A stretch of 64,000 nucleotides of DNA, taken from assembly GCA_002269645.1 (NCBI GenBank), contig NIVC01000981.1, positions 62,001-126,000 of the forward strand, read 5' to 3'. How positions within the stretch are numbered: position 1 is the first letter of the stretch; the number at the start of each line of letters is the position of its first letter. The DNA comes from Macrostomum lignano (lineage: Eukaryota). Under the pieces are notes generated by a model. The model worked only from the letters and a program-made list of their open reading frames with translations, was not told the DNA's origin and did not search any database. Below are positions 56,812 through 64,000 of this stretch, piece after piece. Position numbers and translations under genes: made by a program.

Positions 56812-57358
56812 GGGGTGGGTGAAGGAGTGAGGTGGGTGAAGGAGTGAGGTGGGTGAAGGAGTGAGGTGGGTGAAGGAGTGAAGTGGGTGAAGGAGTGAGG
56901 TGTGTGAAGGAGTGAGGTGGGTGAAGGAGTGAGGTGTGTGAAGGAGTGAGGTGTGTGAAGGAGTGAGGTGTGTGAAGGAGTGAGGTGGGTGAAGGAGTGA
57001 GGTGTGTGAAGGAGTGAGGTGGGTGAAGGAGTGAGGTGGGTGAAGGAGTGAGGTAGGTGAAGGAGTGAGGTAGGTGAAGGAGTGAGGTGGGTGAAGGAAT
57101 GAGGTGGGTGAAGGAGTGAGGTGGGTGAAGGAGTGAGGTGGGTGAAGGAGTGAGGTGGGTGAAGGAGTGAGGTGGGTGAAGGAGTGAGGTGGGTGAAGGA
57201 GTGAGGTGGGTGAAGGAGTGAGGTGGGTGAAGGAGTGAGGTGGGTGAAGGAGTGAGTTGGGTGAAGGAGTGACGTGGGGGAAGGAGTGAGGTGGGTGAAG
57301 GAGTGAGGTGGGGGAAGAAGTGGGATGGGTAAAGGAGTGGGGTGGGTGAAGGAATGGG
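56812..57358. repeat. 17-bp G-rich minisatellite (GTGGGTGAAGGAGTGAG)
   Basis: About 31 units. Confidence 0.96.
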
Positions 57359-57540
57359 CGCGTAAGGGACTGAAATGGTTGAATGGTTTTAGAAAAATCA
57401 ATATTACTTAAACCAAGTGCATCTTACAAAACCGACTGAACTGAATTAGGAATTTAGAAGAATAAAAGTAGATTCTTCAGGAATTACAAATATACAAAAT
57501 CATAATTAGTCTCTGAGCACTGTGGACGAGCACGGAGCTG

Positions 57541-60500
57541 TCAATTTCCGAGTCTCTCCAGTCCGAAATGAGTCATCCGGTCGAAGGAGTTCAGGCAGCA
57601 GGTTGACGAACTGCTGGAGCATTTGAAATCCACCGCGTCATATTTCGCTCGCAAGTAGCGAACAGAGTTGACGTAGCAACGGGTGTATTTATTGCTGTCG
57701 CTTGATTTGGAAATGTTTCTGGGATAGCAAGCGGCCCACACTTTATTATTCACCCGGATGGCCAGTTGCTCCTCTTGACCCTTCCAACAAGAGGATACCT
57801 GCCATATGTGAGACGTGTTGATATCGGGGTATAAAATAGAACTTTTATATGGTAGTAAGTAGCCTGAAGTACTTTTAGGTTTAGAGGAGGAAGGGTGTAT
57901 AGCGGGGTGAGGTGGGTGCATGGTGGAGTGGTGGGTGCATTGTGGAGTGAGGTGGGTGTATAGTGGAGTGGGTGGGTGTATAGTGGAGTGAGGTGGGTGC
58001 ATAGTGGAGTGAGGTGGGTGTATAGTGGAGTGAGGTGGGTGTATAGTGGAGTGAGGTGGGTGCACGGTGGAGTGGGTTGGGTGCATAGTGGAGTGAGGTG
58101 GGTGTATAGTGGAATGGGTGGGTGTATAGTGGAGTGGGTGGGTGTATAGTGGAGTGAGGTGGGTGTATAGTGGAGTGAGGTGGGTGCACGGTGGAGTGGG
58201 TTGGGTGCATAGTGGAGTGAGGTGGGTGTATAGTGGAATGGGTGGGTGTATAGTGGAGTGAGGTGGGTGTATAGCGGAGTGATACGGGTGTATAGTGGAG
58301 TGAGGTGGGTGTATAGTGGAGTGGGTGGGTGTATAGTGGAGTGAGGTGGGTGTATAGTGGAGTGAGGTGAGTGAAAGGTGGAGTGAGGTGAGTGCATGGT
58401 GGAGTGAGGTGTACATGTAAATATTTCCGAGTCTGTAGGGCAGTCCATCTCATCTCACCATCATGTATATCCTGTAGTAGCCATCCCTAGCAACCTGGAT
58501 CCGGTTGGAGTTGCCAATCAGTTTGTACAGAGGACCACGGATGCCGTTTTCACAGTTGGCAGAGTGCTTAGACCAGTCGCTGCACGTCAGGGGGCCGATT
58601 GAGTTCACTATGCGATTGCGGATGAGTTGGAGATCTTTGTTTGGTTGCAACTGTTCTCATGATGTGCAGAAAAGCAATATGTAATGAACCTCGTCACTCT
58701 TCATTAGGCACTCTTGTCACACCCTATACAGTATAGCCCTATAGGTACTCTTGACACCCTACATTATAGGCACTCTTGTGCACACTACTGTCCCTCTAGA
58801 AAGCATTGATATGACCTGGCCTTAAACACCAGCAAAGCATTTCATTTCTCTACTAAAATTCTGGTCAAAGACAGATTGCAATCAGTGCAACAATTTACTT
58901 AAAAATTTATAGAATTTTGCACACCAGATTTTCTGAAGCTGAACTTGCTAAGAAGATTTTCAACTTCGCTTAAAAAGAAACGACAAAATAAGTTCAAATC
59001 GTTAGAATACGCCCAAGTCAATATACTTGAAATATGACTATGAATTGATTTTAGGGCATAAAAGCTATTCATATGTACATGCAACCATGCTCACCCCCCG
59101 AAAAATAGGTGCTTTGATCTTGGCGGTGACATTCGGTGTCCTCGCTTGACTGACAGATCCGGCTTCTGCCGATTGACAGACTGAGCCAAGCCTGCGGGTG
59201 CGGCATTCCATTCTGATTGACAACTGCATGCTCACTTCTCTGCCCTCTCCCCTTCTCTCCCTCTCTCTCCTTCTCTGCCCTCTCCCCTTCTCTCCCTCTA
59301 TCTCCTTCTCTGCCCTCTCCCCTTCTCTCCCTCTATCTCCTCCTCTGTCCTCTCCCCTTCTCTCCCTCTATCTCCTTCTCTGCCCTCTCCCCTTCTCTCC
59401 CTCTCTCTCCTTCTCTGCCCTCTCCCCTTCTCTCCCTCTATCTCCTTCTCTGCCCTCTCCCCTTCTCTCCCTCTATCTCCTTCTCTGCCCTCTCCCCTTC
59501 TCTCCCTCTATCTCCTTCTCTGTCCTCTCCCCCTCTCTCCCTCTCTCTCCTTCTCTCCCTCTCCCCCTCTCTCCCTCTCTCTCCCCCCTCTACTCTCCCC
59601 CTCTCTTCCTCTCCCCCTCTCTTCCTCTCCCCCTCTCTTCCTCTCCCCTCTATTCCTCTCCCCTCTCTTCCTCTCCCCCTCTCTTTCTCTCCCCCTCGCT
59701 TCCTCTACCCTCTCTTCCTCTACCCCTCTCTCCTCTCCCCTCTCTCCTCTCCCCCTCTCTTCCTCTCCCCCTCGCTTCCCTTACCCTCTCTTCCTCTACC
59801 CCTCTCTCCTCTCCCCTCTCTCCTCTCCCCCTCTCTTCCTCTCCCCCTCGCTTCCTCTACCCTCTCTTCCTCTACCCCTCTCTCCTCTCCCCTCTCTCCC
59901 TCTCCCCTCTCTCCCTCTCCCCCTCTCTCCTCTCCCCTCTCCCCTACTCTCTTTCTCCCCCACTCTCCCTTTCCCCCACTCTCCCTCTCTCCCACTCTCC
60001 CTCTCTCTAACTCCTCCTCTCCTCTCCCCTCTCTTCCTCGCAACGCCTGTCTCTCCCTAGCTCCCTCCCCCAAGCAAATCAGACTAAATACCTGTTCACT
60101 TTCAGCTTCATCGCTGGGCTCCCCGCCTGCAGCAGTCAGGGCAGCGAAGTCAGACGAGAACATGGCCAGGACAACCATGGTTGCCAGTAGGTTGGCCATG
60201 AACACGATGAAGGATGTGGTATTGATGATTGACAGCTGGCGACGCTCCTGCGAATTTCGAGCACTGCTGCTTCGAGACCTTCCAGACTTTCGAGTTCCCG
60301 ACGATTGTCTCGACGAAGGAGTCCGGGCACCTCGTTTATGCTGCTGGCGCTGACTAGACTGCTGTTTTATCTGCTGCTGCTCCTGGTGTTGCTGCTTCTG
60401 CCGTCTGGCAAAGAACGACGAAGACCTCTGCGAACCTCTACTCGAGGTCATCCGAGTTTTTGCCTGTCGATTCTGCTCGAACCGGCGGCCATGTGACGTA

Positions 60501-60670
60501 GAGGCTTCTGGAATTGGCGATGACGACAAGAGAATTGAAGGCGGAAGTTCATTGCTGGTACCTGGGGCAGGCAGCTGCGGTGACGGCTGCGGCTGTTCAC
60601 CGGTCAGCGATACTATGGTGAAGTATACATTGTCCTGCTCTTTGCTGAACTTTACTGTATTATTAGCCAT
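57541..60670 (-). CDS. TNF-superfamily ligand-like type II membrane protein (~385 aa), gene A
   Basis: Exons 60670-60092, 59223-59095 (less certain), 58650-58459 and 57798-57541, all phase 0. Long basic cytoplasmic N-terminus; TM (SFIVFMANLLATMVVLAMF); RTRR furin-like site; THD-like strands RIQVARDGYYRIYMM|VSS, LAIRVNNKVWAACY, TRCYVNSVRYL, THFGLERL. Confidence 0.72.
57900..58412. repeat. ~21-bp G-rich minisatellite (GTATAGTGGAGTGAGGTGGGT), TNF-A intron
   Basis: Direct inspection; related to the 17-bp array at 56812. Confidence 0.92.
59232..60052. repeat. Pure polypyrimidine/polypurine tract (35-bp unit decaying into CT-rich sequence), TNF-A intron
   Basis: About 820 bp almost free of purines on the + strand. 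Confidence 0.95.
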
Positions 60671-62214
60671 TGTAGTTAAGTCAGCGCATGTGAGGCTCAA
60701 TGTAATTGTAGGACTGTAGCAGTTACTAAAATCTTTGCTAAGATAAATCCGTGTAAAGATGCAATATTTATATTAAAGATGGCTTCAATTCTGATTGGCT
60801 GTCTGTTAATAAAAATAGCTGTATTTTTGCACTCTGAACTGTCTACTCAAGCCAGTAGTAAGAAAAGGAAAATAAATGTTTAAAAATTGTTGACTTTAAA
60901 GGCTAGACTTCCGTTACATATTAGTACATCGTTAGGTTCAATGAAGTTGAAAAATGGACTATTGACCTTCTCTTTTGATTCAACCAAGCAAAACCACCGT
61001 ATACTAATAAAACTGTTTTGCCAATTTGCAAAGTCTTGCTGCCAACGTTTGCTTTGATCTGTTGGGCTAGATAAGAAACTACTGCCAAGGATGCCAAAAA
61101 GCTTACCAAGTATTTAAACAAGCTATTTTCGGTTTTTATAACTCCGTTTCGATGCCACACTGTATTTTCAAATCTTTCGAATGTAAACTATGCGCTGCTT
61201 TTGGGCTATCGGGTTTGGATGATTCACTCCAATGCAATACTTGCTTAGTAACCATTGGATCACGTGTTTTGGCTGCTGCTACAAGATTCATGATAATGAT
61301 TCTATAATTGTACTTTTCCATGACACAATTGCGCCATTGAGATAATGATAAGGTAACAAACGCCTTGAGAAAAAATAAATTTAAACAACAACAAGCAGTT
61401 ACAAAATGTATTTAGATGTATTCAGATGATTTTACCGGTAAACAGAATTAACCTACTCAAAGTAGCTCAAAACATGAATGAAAGCCAATTGTGTGTACAA
61501 AATATTTTACTGCAAAAATTAAGCACAAAAATGATATTTAGGAATTTAACGCGCTCTGAACTGAGTTCATTTCACGAATACCTGCATGATGAAAAATACA
61601 AGCGCCTGTTATATACAAGCATGGTCAATAAAACTCAGCAGGCAAAACGGGTAGGACATGGACATTGTTAATGTTAACTATAAAGTGTTAATTGATAAGC
61701 ACTTTGATATCTAAAGCATAAGTAACTGTCGACAATTAACGATTTTTAAGCAGTACACTCACTGGAGAAAAATGTACACTGATGAAATACAAATTGAGTT
61801 AAATAGCTAATTTGATGAGGAGATTAGTGGGGGGCTTTAAGGGGAGGGTGGATTTGTACACAGCCATTGGATGAATGTACAGTGAGGGGTAGGAAGGCGA
61901 CGCTCTAGTGAGGAGGTGAGCAAGCAGGGGTGAGAAAATCTTTAGAATTTGAAGTGGTATAAAGACGAGAGGACGAGAAAATTGGGGTGGGCGCTTTAAA
62001 AGGAGGGGCGGGTTTGTACGCAGCTATTAAATGAATGTACGGTGGGGGTAGGAAGGAGACGCTCTAGTGGAGGGGTGGGGCAAGACGGGGCTGAGGAAGT
62101 CTTTAGAATTTAAAAAGGGTCAGTGATAAGTGGGCAGATAAGTGGGACTGGGACTCTGGCTGTAAATCTAGACTCATTTCTCTTTAAGGCACAATTCACG
62201 AATGCAAAAATTTG

Positions 62215-64000
62215 TTAAACCATTCTCTCCAAGCTTACAGTAAAGTTATTTTTGCAGTTATATCTAGAAAACTGCAACTGCAGCCAACTATTGACCGTTA
62301 GTGGACGAACTATGCTGAAACTGCACACAATTAAATCGCGGCTTGACTGACCAATCCATTTTCGCATGCACTCGTGCAGTTTTTGGGACTCCTGATGCTT
62401 CGGCGTCGAATATTGAACTCTCGATTGAACAGTAGTTACGCTGTTCTTGCAACCAAAATTTACCTGGAAATATAAGGTCTTTTTAATTAATGACTAAATG
62501 TAAATCAGATAATAATCAAATAAGATCTGCTACTTTCAGTGAGGTTGAGCTTCTACTCACATTGAAATTGATGCGGAACAGACCACCCTGTTTGATGAGT
62601 ATTTTGCTTCTTTGGCCGTTTTCGTCCTCTTCAATCTTGACCATCTTAATAGACGGGTCGATTGCGGCGAAGTTCACAGCTGAAGTTGGGGCATTAGCAG
62701 GTGAGCAATCAATCTTTGTTTGGCTTAGCAGCGAGTTTGTACTGAAAATAGTTTGGCTTCAGTTGAAAAAGTTGCTTGTAGTTCCCGGCTGTCGGGCTTC
62801 GTGTTTTGCAAAGTGCAATTGGGCATCTCATATTTTATACCTTCATTATATCTACCTCCGCCCTTAATTCTACGCTCGTAAGTCCACAATCTACCTCCGC
62901 CCTCTACCTTCACCCTTCTAACTACACCCCCACTATCTCCGCCCCCTCCATCTCCGCTCTCTACCTCCGCCCTTTACTTCCGCCCTTCTAACTACACCCT
63001 CTCTATCTCCGCCCCTCTATACCTCTGTCCTCTACCCCGCCTTCTACATCTACCTTCACCCTCTATCTTCACTCCTCTACCTTCGCACTTCAAGTAAGTG
63101 TGCTATAAACAGTGAATTGAATGACTAAATATAATTTTTGTGCACGGGTATAATTCAGACTGGCAAAGCAGCGGCTTCATGTGTTTATATCAAACATTGA
63201 CGGTTGACGAAAGACCAGTTTCGTTAAACAATTTGCTGGCTAAATGTACGCCAGAAAATATGGAAGTTCAGGCCAAGAAAATAATTGTATACTATAGACG
63301 TAATTGCTGAGTAAGCAATTCATATGCCCGGCAAATGGACTTACAGCCAAGACCCGTGAGGCTTGGAGACTCGAATTTCGACGACAAGTTGATCCACTCT
63401 TGTGATACTCGTACCTGCGCCATGTTGGTGTGGGGGAGTTTTCTACTGAATAGTTAGCTAACTAATGAATCAGGAACAACACATGATTAGCTTTAGTTAA
63501 CTTCGTCTGTCTATATAATTATCCTAATTTTCGTCCACTAAATATTCCTTTCATTCTTCCCTGAATTTTTCAATTTTCCATGACGAATCTATCCCTTCAT
63601 TACTATGAATCTGCCGTAGACTAAATCGTAGTAAATTTTGCAGAATTTTCTGCCCAGAATCTACAGAATTTTCTGCCAAGAATCTACAGAATTTTCTGCC
63701 AAGAATCTACAGAATTTTCTGCCCAGAATCTACAGAATTTTCTGCCAAGAATCTAACAGAATTTTCTGCCAAGAATCTACAGAATTTTCTGCCCAGAATC
63801 TACAGAATTTTCTGCCAAGAATCTCAGAATTTATTATCTAGAATTTGCAGAATTTTTAGCTGAAAATATATTTTCTTTCGCCTAAAATCCCATTCTTTTT
63901 ACCATTTTCAGTGTCAGCTCACCAGTCCATTATCCTTTAACAGCCGCAGCGGGCCAAAAAGCACTACGGTCAATGTCAGACCACAGGCCAACAGCAAATG
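62215..64000 (-). CDS. Second TNF-superfamily ligand-like gene (gene B), 5' end beyond the window
   Basis: Last exon 62463-62215 reads VNFGCKNSVTTVQSRVQY…LHECMRKW…LIVCSFSIVRPLTVNSWLQLQF…FTVSLERMV*. The penultimate exon ends at 62561 (…SKILIKQGGLFRINFN|) and starts at 62679 or 62741. Exon 63414-63345 has a GTAAGT donor. A TM-like exon runs from the window end to 63923 (LLLACGLTLTVVLFGPL). The last intron is at the same position and phase as in gene A. Confidence 0.62.
62840..63085. repeat. Degenerate C-rich repeat (CTCTACCTCCGCCC)
   Basis: Direct inspection. Confidence 0.75.
63635..63830. repeat. 23-bp minisatellite (AGAATTTTCTGCCAAGAATCTAC)
   Basis: About 8 units in the first visible intron of TNF-like gene B. 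Confidence 0.93.

Noticed and set aside
60921-61671. Short ORFs between the two TNF-like genes
   Set aside because: AT-rich, no motifs, and no phase-consistent splice path into either gene.
36620-63830. CRISPR-like arrays
   Set aside because: All arrays are head-to-tail tandem repeats without unique spacers, in a eukaryotic context with no cas genes.

Overview
This is eukaryotic (metazoan) genomic DNA. GC-rich spliced exons with poly-Ala/Gln tracts, (GACA)n microsatellites and minisatellite-filled introns suggest a free-living flatworm such as Macrostomum (inference only). There are no prokaryotic, rRNA, tRNA or CRISPR features. Left to right: (1) the 3' part of an anosmin-1/KAL-1-like gene (+, 10 exons resolved, Cys-rich box plus 4 FN3, apparently no WAP domain, GPI-like tail); (2) a young full-length Ty3/gypsy LTR retrotransposon (-, 13050-22236, 4-bp TSD) whose LTRs carry two extra tRNA-Leu PBS copies; (3) a ~9.9-kb EnSpm/CACTA transposon (23089-33010) with a transposase and a divergent 6-exon accessory gene, inserted into an old decayed LTR of the same gypsy family; (4) an orphan coiled-coil gene whose introns hold a foldback Mutator-like element, a mariner remnant and an intronless class A GPCR; (5) a C4orf45/SPMIP2-like ORF; (6) a complete 7-exon NEURL4 orthologue with a degenerate ART-like domain; (7) two tandem, highly divergent TNF-superfamily-ligand-like genes (-), the second absent from the ORF track. 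All gene models and homologies were made by eye from splice sites, phase consistency and remembered family motifs. No database search was run.
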